Assembly: GCA_937127445.1 (NCBI GenBank)
Contig: CAKZLY010000023.1
Coordinates: 18,107-82,106 of the forward strand
Reading direction: 5' to 3'
Length of the DNA: 64,000 bases
Source of the DNA: an uncultured Ignavibacteria bacterium
GTDB lineage: Bacteria > Bacteroidota > Ignavibacteria > Kapaibacteriales > UBA2268
Translations under genes and position numbers: made by a program
The notes under the pieces: generated by a model
Told to the model about the DNA's origin: nothing
The model's database searches: none
What the model saw: the letters and a program-made list of their open reading frames with translations, nothing else
In this document: piece after piece, positions 1-11,382 of the stretch
Layout of the letters: each line of letters opens with the position of its first letter
Numbering within the stretch: the stretch's first letter is position 1

Positions 1-1
1 A

Positions 2-1339
2 TTGAATAATATCTTTAATACTGTGATTATTGATTAGTACGTTTATACTTTCACTTTTTAATCTACTCCCTTCGCAGACATTACAGGTTCTGTATTGCAT
101 CACATCTTCAAGCTGAGCTGAGCTAATTCCAGCTAAATTAGTCCTTAATGTTTTTATCATTTCATATAAATTGTTAAGAGTAGGGATAATTCCTTCAAAA
201 ACATTTAGGTTATAGCCTTTATTTGTTTTAGAATTCTTTTGAAAAAGTTCATATTTTTCGAAAAGAAGGAATTTTTTTTCACTTTCTTTAAGTTCATTCC
301 AAGATTTTTTGATTGAAATATTATTTTCATAACAAACATTAATCAAAACTGAATATAATTTTTCAGATTCACTTTTATTAAATATTGCCAATGCACCTTC
401 TTCGATAGATTTATCAGGATGAAGCACAACAGTATCTTCGTAAGCAGAGAAAATTTCGCCAATGCCATTGCAATTTGGACAAGCACCATAAGTGGAATTA
501 AATGAAAAATTGTTGGGAGATAATTCCTGAAATGAACGACCACAAGAGGGACAAGTATTATGTATTGAAAAAAGTTCATCGGAGCCAAAGACGCCGTTAC
601 CATAGTTGATTATTAATATACCATCGCCATATTGCAATGCTAAATCGCATGACTGAGAAAGTCTGAAAAATGAATTTTTGTTTACAGTAAGTCTATCTAT
701 TACAACATCTATATCGTGTTGTTTATAGCGTTGCACCCCAGAAATATCAGATAAATTAATGATTTCACCATTAATTCTAACTTTTGTAAATCCATTGGCA
801 ATTAACTGCTGAAAAAGTTCTTTATAAATACCTTTCCTGCCACGAATAATTGGTGCAAAAATAGTTATTTTTTGATTATTATACTTGTTGAGAATACTAT
901 TTTTTATTTGTTCATCAGTTTGTTTTTTGACAGGAATATTGCAACCTGGACAGTATTGCGTTCCAAGTTTAGCGAAAAGCAATCTCAAATAGTCGTAGAT
1001 TTCGGTTACAGTCCCAACAGTTGAACGTAGGTTGTGAGGAATAGTTTTTTGTTCAATGGAGATTGCGGGAGACAATCCCTCAATTAAATCTACATCGGGC
1101 TTTTTCATAACACCTATGAATTGTTTAGCGTATTGCGATAAACAATCGACGTAGCGTCTTTGTCCTTCAGCATAGAGAGTATCAAAAGCCAAGGTAGATT
1201 TGCCTGAACCAGATAATCCTGTTATTACAACTAATTTTTCTCGAGGAATATCTAATGAAATATTCTTTAAGTTGTGTTCTCTTGCACCGCGAATTATTAT
1301 ATCTTTTAATTCATCATCTATTATTGTTTGTTTTTTCAT
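2..1339 (-). CDS. uvrA: Excinuclease ABC subunit A, 5' part; runs off the window edge and is absent from the ORF track
   Basis: Manual translation from ATG 1339: MKKQ...IRGAREHNLKNISLDIPREKLVVITGLSGSGKSTLAFDTLYAEGQRRYV; Zn-finger CPGC, CPSC, FSFNSTYGACPNCNGIG; frame open to the edge. Confidence 0.97.
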   Translation of the reverse strand, partial: MKKQTIIDDELKDIIIRGAREHNLKNISLDIPREKLVVITGLSGSGKSTLAFDTLYAEGQRRYVDCLSQYAKQFIGVMKKPDVDLIEGLSPAISIEQKTIPHNLRSTVGTVTEIYDYLRLLFAKLGTQYCPGCNIPVKKQTDEQIKNSILNKYNNQKITIFAPIIRGRKGIYKELFQQLIANGFTKVRINGEIINLSDISGVQRYKQHDIDVVIDRLTVNKNSFFRLSQSCDLALQYGDGILIINYGNGVFGSDELFSIHNTCPSCGRSFQELSPNNFSFNSTYGACPNCNGIGEIFSAYEDTVVLHPDKSIEEGALAIFNKSESEKLYSVLINVCYENNISIKKSWNELKESEKKFLLFEKYELFQKNSKTNKGYNLNVFEGIIPTLNNLYEMIKTLRTNLAGISSAQLEDVMQYRTCNVCEGSRLKSESINVLINNHSIKDIIQ

Positions 1340-1417
1340 AAAAAAGCAGTAGAAAAATACTTAACAACCAAATAAGTGTAAAGAGACGAAAATATTGAAA
1401 GACTATTATTATTCGCA

Positions 1418-2029
1418 TCATTCAAGTGATGCTTTTATAATATTCAATACTAATAGTGTTGATTGTTCCAAATCTTCTATTGAACCATTATTTTTTATTG
1501 TGAAGTCGGAAAGTTCTTCTTTTTTGCTAATTGGGATTTGTGAGTTAATTCTTTTTATAGTTTCCTGCTCTGAAAGGTTATGCCTTTGCATACCACGTTG
1601 AATTTGGATTTTTGGGTCGCAAGAAACGCAGATAATATAATCAAATCCCTCTTGCAATGCTGTTTCAAAAATCAATGCACTTTCGACAAAGGCTAATTGA
1701 TTGCCAAGTTTTACTAATTCGTATAGGCGTTTTTCCATTAACTCAATTACTTTTGGATGAACAATTTTGTTAAGCAAATCTAATTGTTCTTGATTATTGA
1801 ACACTAAATTACTTAAATATTGGGTATTTATCGAATTATCTATATTGAATGCTTCCCTACCAAAGCAATCAACTATTGCATTGATTACGTTTTTATCATT
1901 TGTCATAACTTCTTTTGCTATTAAATCTGTGTAAATTACAGGATAGCCTTCATTTTCGATGATTTTTGCAACTGTGGTTTTCCCTGTTGCAAAACCACCT
2001 GTAATTGCTACAATTATATGCTTATTCAT
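1418..2029 (-). CDS. coaE: Dephospho-CoA kinase
   Basis: ITGGFATGKTT P-loop, 'DLIAK', 'LNKIVHP', 'IKNNG' CoaE motifs. Confidence 0.95.
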   Translation of the reverse strand: MNKHIIVAITGGFATGKTTVAKIIENEGYPVIYTDLIAKEVMTNDKNVINAIVDCFGREAFNIDNSINTQYLSNLVFNNQEQLDLLNKIVHPKVIELMEKRLYELVKLGNQLAFVESALIFETALQEGFDYIICVSCDPKIQIQRGMQRHNLSEQETIKRINSQIPISKKEELSDFTIKNNGSIEDLEQSTLLVLNIIKASLE

Positions 2030-3515
2030 TAATTTTTCCTATGGGAAATGATACAATTATTTTGGTGCCCTTGTTTTCCTGGCTTTCGACTGAGATTATG
2101 CCTTTATGCAAATCAACAATGGATTTAACAAGAGATAGTCCAAGACCTGTCCCCTGCACTCCAACCTTTTTTGCATTTGGTGTTCTATAAAACTTTTGAA
2201 AAATATTAGGGATTTGTTCCGCTGGGATTCCTATCCCATTATCTTCGACAATTAAAGTTGCAGAATTTTGTGAATTATTGAGAAATATTTTAATTTTACC
2301 ACCATTTGGAGTGTATTTAATCGAATTATCTAATAGATTTATTATAACTTGTTGAATTTTATGTTTATCACCATTTATAAATACCTCGTTATCGATATTT
2401 TTAAAAATCTTGATATTTTTTTCTTCTGCAACTATTTCCATATCCTCGCAAATATCATTGACAACATCACTTAGATTTACTTTAGAATAATTCAATGAAT
2501 GATTTGAATTTTCAGCACGGGCTATTTCAAGAACAGTTGATACTACATTAGACAGACGAATCACTTCATCCAAAGCACTTGCAACAACTTCCTGATAATC
2601 TTCGACTGTTTGAGCAGAATTCAAAGAGAGTTCTAACTCTCCTCGAAGAATTGTCAGCGGCGTTTTAAGTTCGTGAGAAGCGTCATAAGCAAAGTTTAGT
2701 ATCTGATTGTGTTTTTTCTGGCATGCGGAGTAGAGTTTGTCCAAAGAATCGACGAAGAATTTAAATTCATCTTTATCTCTGATTTCAGATAAATCAAAGT
2801 TTTCTAATTGGCTTTCAGCAATTCTATCCAACACTTCTTTTACTTTTTTGGTTTGAGAGTGACCAATAAATGAGATTACAAACAACAATAAAACCAAAAT
2901 AGCCGCAATAATTGGTATTCCAATAAAAAATATTCTACAAATTTCACTCAGAAAGAATTCAAAACGAGATAAAGAATATCCGATAGAAATATTACCTACA
3001 TCACTTTTCATAATAAATAACCTAAGTTTGCTGTTTTCGAAAGGAATTATTGCAAAAACAGTATCGCCAATTTGACCGGATAAATTTTGGCGAAAAATAA
3101 ATTTAGGCACAGTATCATATTTTTCGATTTCTTTAGCGTAAGTTTTGAGTTCTTTAAGCTCTTCTTTGGAAGGAAGGATTGGCAAATTAAAATCGTTTAA
3201 ATTACTGCTTTTCCATATAGTCGAGTTATCTTTGCCGTAAATTTGAATGAAATACATTTTAGGGTTGAGAGAGATCGACTCGTGAATATTTTTAAGTATT
3301 TCAAGATGTTTTAAATTGTCGTCAATTTTAGAGCTATCACTTACTTTTAAGTTATATATATTTAAATATTTTTCAACACTTTTAGCAGATAAATACAAAT
3401 TGCTATCGAGGTTATCATAAAACCAATTTTCTATATAACTATATATCCCGTAAGAAAAACCCGCAAAGGTAATAGTAACAAAAGCGCTATAAATAATCAG
3501 TAATCTGTTTCTCAT
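2022..3515 (-). CDS. Membrane sensor histidine kinase (2 TM, HisKA, HATPase; heavy-metal-sensor/OmpR-partner type)
   Basis: H-box ASHELKTPL, N-box NLLDNSIKYT, G1 DNGIGI, G2 GTGLGL; two hydrophobic segments. Confidence 0.93.
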   Translation of the reverse strand: MRNRLLIIYSAFVTITFAGFSYGIYSYIENWFYDNLDSNLYLSAKSVEKYLNIYNLKVSDSSKIDDNLKHLEILKNIHESISLNPKMYFIQIYGKDNSTIWKSSNLNDFNLPILPSKEELKELKTYAKEIEKYDTVPKFIFRQNLSGQIGDTVFAIIPFENSKLRLFIMKSDVGNISIGYSLSRFEFFLSEICRIFFIGIPIIAAILVLLLFVISFIGHSQTKKVKEVLDRIAESQLENFDLSEIRDKDEFKFFVDSLDKLYSACQKKHNQILNFAYDASHELKTPLTILRGELELSLNSAQTVEDYQEVVASALDEVIRLSNVVSTVLEIARAENSNHSLNYSKVNLSDVVNDICEDMEIVAEEKNIKIFKNIDNEVFINGDKHKIQQVIINLLDNSIKYTPNGGKIKIFLNNSQNSATLIVEDNGIGIPAEQIPNIFQKFYRTPNAKKVGVQGTGLGLSLVKSIVDLHKGIISVESQENKGTKIIVSFPIGKINE

Positions 3516-3635
3516 AATCTATTTTACTTATTCCTATTGCATATTTGAACAATAATTTTAGAAAGATATTTTTTTTAATTAATTTAAAAGTTAAGAAAAT
3601 TAAAAATAAAATACTATTATTCAAAATTTTGTTTG

Positions 3636-6600
3636 ATGAATAAAAAGCAAAGTAAAATAAAACGGTTCCTGCTTTTATTAACTTACATAGTTTTGTCAAT
3701 ACTTGTTTGCATTTCATTATTTATTGTGTTTTTATCGTATAATTCTAATTTCCGACAATATATAATTTCTCAAATTACTAACATTGTTAATACACAGTTG
3801 CTTGCTAAAATAGAGATTAAGGATATTCATTTAATTGGAGTTGGCGGAATAAAATTAGATGAAGTTAGACTTATCACACAAACCGATACACTTGCAAATG
3901 TAAATAGTATATTGATAGATTTTTCATTGAAATCACTTTTAAAAAATAAGATATTTGTCAGCAAAATTGTGTTGAATGAACCTCGAATACAACTTTTGAG
4001 AAGAAAAAGCGACTCAACCTGGAATTATGACCGAATTGCAGAAGCATCAAACGACACTACGCATACTAAATCCAAATTGCAAATAATTACTAAAAGCATT
4101 CAAATAAAAAATGGTAGATTTTGCTATATCGATTCACTTAAAGCAATCCCTACACCAATGAAATTTAACTCAAATAATTTTATTTTAGAAAAGCTTAATT
4201 TGAAATGTAATTTTGAAGGGGATTTATATAAAAAATCTTTCAAGAGTAAAATTCAGAATTTATCTGCTTTAGATGTCCCATCTGGAATAGCAATTGAGAA
4301 ATTGCAAGGGAATTTTTCAATTGATACAAGCTCTCTCGTTGCAGATAATTTAATTATCAACACAAATTTCTTTAATGCAAATTCGCAGTTATCAATAAGG
4401 AACTGCAATTTATTATCAAGCGACAGCAATATTGAAAAAGCAAATTTAAGGTTAGAACTATATCTTTCAGATTACAACAATGATTTTGTCGAACGATTTA
4501 CAGATTTATCAATAAAGGTATTGGGCAAACACGATATACAATTAAGTGCCTCTGGCACTTTTGAGCTGCTTCATATAAACGAACTAAACTTGCTGACAGA
4601 AAACATTGAACTATATATTAATGGTCAAATTGCAAATGTATTAGATGAACCTTTATTTAATATTAACATTGTTGACTCAAAAATTGATAGATATTCTCTA
4701 AACAATATCATACCAAAAATATCTGGGGCGTTGCCTGAATTTAAGAATTCATACTTTAGAAGTATTTCAGTGAAAGGTAACGAAAAGCAAATTTCTTCTA
4801 ATTTTGATATTAGAGTTGATAATGGCAGTTTATTAGGAAAAGCAGAGTTTATATTGACTAAGCCAATTAGATATAATTTGAATATTTCCACAAATAGCAT
4901 TGAGTTAGCTTCAATAATTCCTGAAAGGTTAGTTAAAGGGAATTTGAATTCTCAAATTTCAATTGTTGGTGAAGGGACATCACTAAATGAGTTAAATGCC
5001 GCTGTAAATTTTAATTCGAGCAATTCTACAATTGAAGAAATTTCATTTAACAAATTAGAATTAGTAGCGAATTACAAAAATAATCAACTTGAAATTGGCA
5101 GGTTCTTTGTTCAATTTGAAAATGATACAATTACAAACAGAAGTATTAATATTACTGGCAGCGCAGACCTAAAAAACATTGAACATCCAGAATACAAATT
5201 GGATATTTTCATAAACTCTTTAAATCTCAAAAAGCTACTGAAAAACGATGCTTTACCTGATTTAATTACGTCTGAAATGAAAATTCAAGGCAACAACTTC
5301 GATATTGATTATGCTGTTGCTAATATTAACATTGACATAAAAAAAATTAGGAATGAGAAAATCTCTTATAAGCCAACAAAAATAAGTCTGGGATTAAATT
5401 TTAATGAACGGGACAAATTATTTGAATTAGAAAGCGATTTTGCTGAAATTAAATTAGTTGGAAATTTCTCAACGTTAAATATTTTTGAAAACATTGCAAA
5501 ACAATTTGAGTTTATAGGGCAAAAATTAAGTAATGATATTTCATATTCAGTTAAGTTTTATAAATCCCAAGATACAGTTGAAATCAATTATCCCAAGCTA
5601 TTGCTCGATAGCAATAGCTACATAGATTTATTTCTCAACTTAAAAGATTTATCGTTTATAAATTTGTTTTCCTCAGGAATTATTTTTTCGGGTGCTGTTT
5701 ATAGTAAATTAAATTATTTTAATAATTCAAGAAATTCATATTTATCAGTCGATACACTGAAACTTGACAACTTTAATATATTTAATGATGATTTTCATTT
5801 CTCGATATTAAATTCCGATCTCAATTTAGTTTATAATGTTAATGTTGATAGCCTGCACAATCCATCACTATCTTATATCGAAGTAGAAATAAGTTCCGAC
5901 AGTTCTGTATTAATTAATAAAAATCTATTAGATAAAACGAATATTAATGTTTATTATGCTGAGCAAATGCTGAATTACAAAATTCGGACAGACTACAATA
6001 GAGCGTATTCAATTTTTTCGTCAGGTGCAATAGATTTTTCTACAAAATTTGTTACTATTACTGCTGATAGCTTAGCAATAAAATATAAAGAACAAATGTG
6101 GACAAACAATAGAACTATACAATTTACAATTGCCGACAATTTTATCAATATAGACAATTTTGAAATTGAAAGAAAGGGTTTTGAAAAATTATTGTTATCA
6201 GGAACAGTGTTCAACAACAGTGCCGAGAATTTGAATCTAACCTTGTCAAACTTAAATTTAAGTGAAATATATCACTTATTTGAGCATAAAATTCCTATCG
6301 AAATTGATGGTGTAGCAAATTTGTCAATTAATTGTGAAGGATCTTTGTTAAATCCTGATATTTCAATCAAAAGCAACATTAATAATCTATCAATAGAAAA
6401 AAACAAATTAGGCAATTTAAGCCTGGATTTAATAAGCAATAATGGAATGTTTAAAGGTGGCGCAACTCTTTCAAATCAATCAACAAAGCCGATAGAAATT
6501 ATTGTTCGAAGCTTGCCCATATATATTGGTACAGATACAACCAGAAAAATTTTCGACGGAAACAAATTATTTGAAATTAATGTGTTTGCCAATAAATTAT

Positions 6601-8093
6601 CATTAGCACCATTTGCAAAATTTGCCCCCAATATTTCCCAGTTGCAAGGCACAACTAATTTTAATGCAAGAATTTTTGGATATTTACCTGATAATATAAA
6701 CTATTCTGGGAATCTTGAAATTTCTGATGGATATTTTATTCTTGATAATACTAACATTGCATATAGAGCAAACGCTCAGGTATCTTTTTCCAACAAGTTA
6801 ATCAATATTGAAAAAGTATTATTGAGAAATACCAACAGAGATTTAAAAGATGGAAAAGCAGAAATTTCAGGTTATGTTAGATTAAATGAAAACGGAATAG
6901 GCTATATCGATATAAAAGCAAGTACCGACAAAATACTGGTATTAAGCGATGCCTCAAAGAAATCATTACCTAATGTTTTTGGTAATTTAGTAATTGGCAC
7001 AGAAGACGATTATATCAGATTTTTCGGGACAATGCAGGAACCCAATATTGAGGGCAGTCTTATAATTATTAACGCTGAACTCAAAATGCCGCAAACACAG
7101 AGCAAGCAAATTGTAAAGTCAAATTTCACATACGAAATAAAAGATAGTAAACGCATATATAAATTATCAAACGAGCTTGACACAACACGTGTTTCTGCTA
7201 ATATCCAGAATAATGAACCTGATTTTATGGAACTAGTAAATTTTGATGTTAGGGCAAAAATAAAGAATTTTTCATTGCTATTCGATATGGGAGCAATTGG
7301 TGAAGTTTATGCTAAAATTGGCACAAAAGATCCTTCTATACCAATTCGATATTTCAAGAATAGGAATGAGCCAATGCCACGAATATATGGTGGAGAGTTA
7401 GAAGTAAAAGAAGGTTCAACTGTAAAAATTTTCAGAACAATGGAAACAAAAGGTTATATTTCGTTTCCAACAGGTTCTATTGAGAACCCAACTTTGGATT
7501 TACAAGCAAAGTATGAAGGCAAATACACAGAAAAGAACACAACTAACTATTTTACAGTATTTGTGTATATTACAGGGACAAAGGAAGAACCTAAAATCAA
7601 GCTTGATTATACATTAAATGGGAATTCGCCTGTAGGTGATGCTAAGAAAATAGAAGAAGATGCGTTCATTCTGCTTGCTACTGGAAGACCAAGAGGAGTT
7701 CAAAACACAAACAATGCATTTGGTGTGGGAAATTTATTTGATGAAAGTATTAATATGGGAATTTCCCAACTTGCTTCAAAATCTCTCACTGACTTGCTGT
7801 TAACAACCGGTGTAATTCAAAGCGCCGATGTCAAATTCGAAGGCGAAGGAATTGAAACAGCAACAGTTAATTTTAGTGGTTCAATATTTGGTATTGGGAA
7901 TTGGACGATAGGTGGAAATATTTATGATTTTTCTAATCTTGAAATAAGCTTCGAGGTCCCAATTTCTGTAAAGTCAAAAGCATTTAATGATATTATTTTT
8001 CAAATAAGCCGTTCAACAAATTCGAGCATAACAAACCAATTGCAAGATCAGAAAGACTTTGAAATGAAAATTAAATTAGGTGGAAGTTGGTAA
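3636..8093 (+). CDS. TamB/AsmA-like translocation-assembly protein (DUF490-type C-terminus)
   Basis: About 1485 aa, single N-terminal TM, repetitive beta-rich body, C-terminal 'ISFPTGSIENPTLDLQA...VYITGTKEEPKI...ILLATG'. Confidence 0.78.
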   Translation: MNKKQSKIKRFLLLLTYIVLSILVCISLFIVFLSYNSNFRQYIISQITNIVNTQLLAKIEIKDIHLIGVGGIKLDEVRLITQTDTLANVNSILIDFSLKSLLKNKIFVSKIVLNEPRIQLLRRKSDSTWNYDRIAEASNDTTHTKSKLQIITKSIQIKNGRFCYIDSLKAIPTPMKFNSNNFILEKLNLKCNFEGDLYKKSFKSKIQNLSALDVPSGIAIEKLQGNFSIDTSSLVADNLIINTNFFNANSQLSIRNCNLLSSDSNIEKANLRLELYLSDYNNDFVERFTDLSIKVLGKHDIQLSASGTFELLHINELNLLTENIELYINGQIANVLDEPLFNINIVDSKIDRYSLNNIIPKISGALPEFKNSYFRSISVKGNEKQISSNFDIRVDNGSLLGKAEFILTKPIRYNLNISTNSIELASIIPERLVKGNLNSQISIVGEGTSLNELNAAVNFNSSNSTIEEISFNKLELVANYKNNQLEIGRFFVQFENDTITNRSINITGSADLKNIEHPEYKLDIFINSLNLKKLLKNDALPDLITSEMKIQGNNFDIDYAVANINIDIKKIRNEKISYKPTKISLGLNFNERDKLFELESDFAEIKLVGNFSTLNIFENIAKQFEFIGQKLSNDISYSVKFYKSQDTVEINYPKLLLDSNSYIDLFLNLKDLSFINLFSSGIIFSGAVYSKLNYFNNSRNSYLSVDTLKLDNFNIFNDDFHFSILNSDLNLVYNVNVDSLHNPSLSYIEVEISSDSSVLINKNLLDKTNINVYYAEQMLNYKIRTDYNRAYSIFSSGAIDFSTKFVTITADSLAIKYKEQMWTNNRTIQFTIADNFINIDNFEIERKGFEKLLLSGTVFNNSAENLNLTLSNLNLSEIYHLFEHKIPIEIDGVANLSINCEGSLLNPDISIKSNINNLSIEKNKLGNLSLDLISNNGMFKGGATLSNQSTKPIEIIVRSLPIYIGTDTTRKIFDGNKLFEINVFANKLSLAPFAKFAPNISQLQGTTNFNARIFGYLPDNINYSGNLEISDGYFILDNTNIAYRANAQVSFSNKLINIEKVLLRNTNRDLKDGKAEISGYVRLNENGIGYIDIKASTDKILVLSDASKKSLPNVFGNLVIGTEDDYIRFFGTMQEPNIEGSLIIINAELKMPQTQSKQIVKSNFTYEIKDSKRIYKLSNELDTTRVSANIQNNEPDFMELVNFDVRAKIKNFSLLFDMGAIGEVYAKIGTKDPSIPIRYFKNRNEPMPRIYGGELEVKEGSTVKIFRTMETKGYISFPTGSIENPTLDLQAKYEGKYTEKNTTNYFTVFVYITGTKEEPKIKLDYTLNGNSPVGDAKKIEEDAFILLATGRPRGVQNTNNAFGVGNLFDESINMGISQLASKSLTDLLLTTGVIQSADVKFEGEGIETATVNFSGSIFGIGNWTIGGNIYDFSNLEISFEVPISVKSKAFNDIIFQISRSTNSSITNQLQDQKDFEMKIKLGGSW

Positions 8094-8779
8094 TGGAATG
8101 TATTTATTTACCTGAATTATCAAAAACTGCACAAAGTATTAAGATAACTGATAGCGAAGCTAAGCATCTTAGAGCATTACGAATTAAAGATAACGAACGA
8201 ATCCTTATTACTAACGGAAAAGGAATAATTTGTCAGGCATCAGTGAACCGAGAAAATAAAGACGAATACATTGCCTTTGTTGAACATTTTTTTGATGAAA
8301 ATTATGGCGAGCTGCTAAGAAGTATTGCTATTGGTGTGGGAATTTTGCAAGATAGAGAAAGATTTGAACTGATAATAGAAAAATCTGTTGAATTAGGAGT
8401 TTCACAATTTTTCCCTCTAATAACAGATTACTCTCAGAAAAAATCTTTGAACACCTTACGTCTTCAATCAAAAGCAGTTGCTGCAATGAAACAATGCAAA
8501 AGATCACGACTTCCCATAATTTATGAACCAGTTAGCCTAAGTGATATTACAAAATTCCACTTCGAGAAAATAATTCTCGCAGACGAAAATGGAATAAAAC
8601 CAAGTGTACCTCAATCAAGTAAATCAATTTTGCTTCTGGTCGGACCAGAGGGTGGCTTTTCCTTGAAAGAAATCGAATATTTGAACAAACTACATATAGA
8701 AAAATGGCGACTTGCTAATAGACGCTTAAGAAGCGAAACAGCAGCAATATTCGGATTATCGTTATTAAACTTATTTTAA
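8087..8779 (+). CDS. rsmE: 16S rRNA m3U1498 methyltransferase
   Basis: HLRALRI, EKSVELGV, AMKQCKR, VGPEGGFS, LRSETA. Confidence 0.95.
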   Translation: MVMECIYLPELSKTAQSIKITDSEAKHLRALRIKDNERILITNGKGIICQASVNRENKDEYIAFVEHFFDENYGELLRSIAIGVGILQDRERFELIIEKSVELGVSQFFPLITDYSQKKSLNTLRLQSKAVAAMKQCKRSRLPIIYEPVSLSDITKFHFEKIILADENGIKPSVPQSSKSILLLVGPEGGFSLKEIEYLNKLHIEKWRLANRRLRSETAAIFGLSLLNLF

Positions 8780-9613
8780 GTAGAAAATACGTCTTTTCAT
8801 TAATAAATATAGTTTTTTCACAAAATCATCGATATTCGATGTTTCAATATAATCAACACCTAATTTTTTTACATATCTAGTGATTTCTTTTGGTTGGTTG
8901 TTGGAAGCATTCTTGTTTGAATCGATATATCTAACGCAGCCTATTTCGCTATCTTTGATTAATAAAATAGCATTATCCCATTGAAGATTAATCTGTTCCA
9001 AATTAATAATTATAGTATCAAATTTTGTGCAAACAAGTTTAAGCAAATCGAAGTAATTATCAGCATAAAAGTCTGAAATCAAAAAAACAAGTGTCTTTTT
9101 ATTAAAACTATTATAAAGAAATTCAAGAGCCGGAGCAATGTTTGTTTGAGTTTTTCGGCAATTTTTGTTAATAATCTCGTTTATTTTAAAAACAATTGAT
9201 GGATTATTTCTAGGGGATGAATAGCTTTCCACCTTATCGGAGAAAGCAATATATCCCAATTTATCACCATTAGAGAGAACTATATTAGACAAGATAAAAA
9301 CTATATTTTCGAGCAACTTGCTATCGCTCTTATTATCTAATGAGACGTAAATTGAAGGGCTAATATCGAATACAATCACAACGTCTTGAAGCCGTTCTTC
9401 TGTAAAAACTTTTGTGTAAATTTCAATATTACGTGCTGTTACTCGGCTATCGATATATCTCGCGTCGTCACCTTCTTCGTAAAGTCTTGACTGCAAATAA
9501 TCCTGACCTGCCCCTTTAAAAGCAGCTTTATAGACACCGTATAATTGGGATAATAGTATAGATTTTGGTTGTAGTAATAACCTCTGAACATATTTATTTG
9601 CATTAATATGCAT
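8771..9613 (-). CDS. DUF58 family protein (vWA-like MoxR partner)
   Basis: 'FKGAGQDY...YEEGDDARYIDSRVTAR', DISPS MIDAS-like motif, 'FLISDFY'; start moved to ATG 9613, just after the upstream stop. Confidence 0.85.
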   Translation of the reverse strand: MHINANKYVQRLLLQPKSILLSQLYGVYKAAFKGAGQDYLQSRLYEEGDDARYIDSRVTARNIEIYTKVFTEERLQDVVIVFDISPSIYVSLDNKSDSKLLENIVFILSNIVLSNGDKLGYIAFSDKVESYSSPRNNPSIVFKINEIINKNCRKTQTNIAPALEFLYNSFNKKTLVFLISDFYADNYFDLLKLVCTKFDTIIINLEQINLQWDNAILLIKDSEIGCVRYIDSNKNASNNQPKEITRYVKKLGVDYIETSNIDDFVKKLYLLMKRRIFYLK

Positions 9614-9620
9614 AAAATAT

Positions 9621-11219
9621 TTATTGAGAATTAGAAGCAGGTAGCAAAATAGTAAATGTAGTGCCTTCACCTAATTTGCTTTCAACTGTGATTTTACCTT
9701 TGTTCTTTTCGATAAAATCTTTACAAAGTATAAGCCCTAATCCAGTGCCTTGTTCATTGTTTGTTCCTGGTGTGGATTTATAAGAATCAATTCTGAAAAT
9801 ATTGCCTACAAATTCTTCGCTCATACCAACACCATTGTCTTTTATTTCAATTTTGACATAATTATCATTTGTTGGTGCTGCATTTAATTCTATTTTCCCA
9901 CCACAATTGGTAAATTTAAGGGCATTGGACAATAAATTACGAATAACAGTATTAATCATATTAAGGTCGGCATAAACTGTTAGGTTCTCAGGCACATTAC
10001 TAACTAAGGAGATATTTTTTTCTTTTGCAATATTTTGCAATAAATCGAAATTTTGAGAAACGACCAAAATAATTTCGAATTTAATTGGATTAAATTCTAT
10101 CACACCGCGCTGTAATCTCGACCATTGAAGTAGATTTTCGAGTAATCTATATAAGTTTTTGGCAGAATTATATAAATCAACTGACATTTCGCGAATTTCA
10201 TCAGAGGACAAATTTTCAAACTCTTGAACAAGCAATTGGGAATAACCGATTAAATTTTGAAAAGGACCTTTTAAATCGTGAGCAATAATTGAGAAAAATT
10301 TATCTTTGCTCGCGTTCAATTCTTTTAATCGCTCTTCGGATTCGACTAATTTCGCATTAAGTTGTACAAGTTCAGAAGCATTTTGTTCAATAATTTCCTT
10401 ATTAAATTGCATCTCTTCAATTAACTTCTTAACTTGCTCTTCTGCTGTAATTTGTTCGGAAATATCCCTAACAAAGCAGCAGTATGAGATATGTCCACCA
10501 TCAATTACCCTACCTAAAGACAATTCAGCAGGAAAAACTTGCCCATCGGTTTTACGAAGATTTAACAAAAATTTTTTATAAAATAATTTATCTCTATCAA
10601 TATTCTTAATTTGCACAAGCTCTTCAAAAAAAGAAGACTTGTCTCGTTCATCAATTATTAAATCAAAAAGTTTGCTCCCAAAAATATTTTCTGCTTTTAA
10701 AGAAAATTGGATTTCAGCAGCTTTGTTAAAATAATTCACTTCAAAATTTTCATTAAGATAGAAAATAGCATCTTTTGCATTATTAAAGATAAGCTCGTAG
10801 ATTTTAATATTATCTTCTAAGGATTTGACTTTTTCAAGTTGTTCTTTTACTTTTTGAAACTTTTTAATCTGGTAATCAATTTGAACTTTTAATTCTGAAT
10901 GAGATATATTTTTTGAGATGAAACCATCAGGTTCGACAAGTAAAGCACGTTCAACAATTGAATTTTCAGTATGAGATGTCAAGAAAATAATCGGGCAGTT
11001 GTATATTTTTTTGATTTTTGAAGTTGCTTCAATACCATCTATTTCACCTGCTAATCTAATATCCATTAATATCAAATCTGGGCAAAAATCTAACACAAGT
11101 TTTAAAGCTTCCTCGCCGGTAATACAAGTTGCAGTAATAAAATTGTGCCTTTGTAGGAAAAAGCTTAATTGTTGTGCAATAATTTCGTTATCTTCTACTA
11201 TTAATATTTTGCGGCTCAT
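9621..11219 (-). CDS. Cytoplasmic REC-PAS-HisKA-HATPase signalling kinase
   Basis: REC (KILIVED, DLILMDIRL, IIFLT), PAS/PAC (VRDISE), H-box IAHDLKGP, NLLSNALKFT, DNGVGM, GTGLGL. Confidence 0.93.
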   Translation of the reverse strand: MSRKILIVEDNEIIAQQLSFFLQRHNFITATCITGEEALKLVLDFCPDLILMDIRLAGEIDGIEATSKIKKIYNCPIIFLTSHTENSIVERALLVEPDGFISKNISHSELKVQIDYQIKKFQKVKEQLEKVKSLEDNIKIYELIFNNAKDAIFYLNENFEVNYFNKAAEIQFSLKAENIFGSKLFDLIIDERDKSSFFEELVQIKNIDRDKLFYKKFLLNLRKTDGQVFPAELSLGRVIDGGHISYCCFVRDISEQITAEEQVKKLIEEMQFNKEIIEQNASELVQLNAKLVESEERLKELNASKDKFFSIIAHDLKGPFQNLIGYSQLLVQEFENLSSDEIREMSVDLYNSAKNLYRLLENLLQWSRLQRGVIEFNPIKFEIILVVSQNFDLLQNIAKEKNISLVSNVPENLTVYADLNMINTVIRNLLSNALKFTNCGGKIELNAAPTNDNYVKIEIKDNGVGMSEEFVGNIFRIDSYKSTPGTNNEQGTGLGLILCKDFIEKNKGKITVESKLGEGTTFTILLPASNSQ

Positions 11220-11382
11220 AATAAAAATAACAATAGGTTTCATTTTCAATCATAAATTAACATTTATACGTGAAAAATACAATACATTTTCTTATTAACA
11301 AATAATTGAGAATTATAAATATATTTATTAAATAATCGTTTATATTTTGTTTGGATGTGTAACTAAATTATATTTTGAAGGT

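Noticed and set aside
343-603. 86-aa ORF at the left edge
   Set aside because: Out-of-frame shadow inside uvrA, which the track missed because its stop is outside the window.
1340-1417. Shared SOS box upstream of uvrA, uvrC and the umuD-like gene
   Set aside because: Only a short TAACAAC is shared by two of them; no convincing common palindrome in AT-rich DNA.
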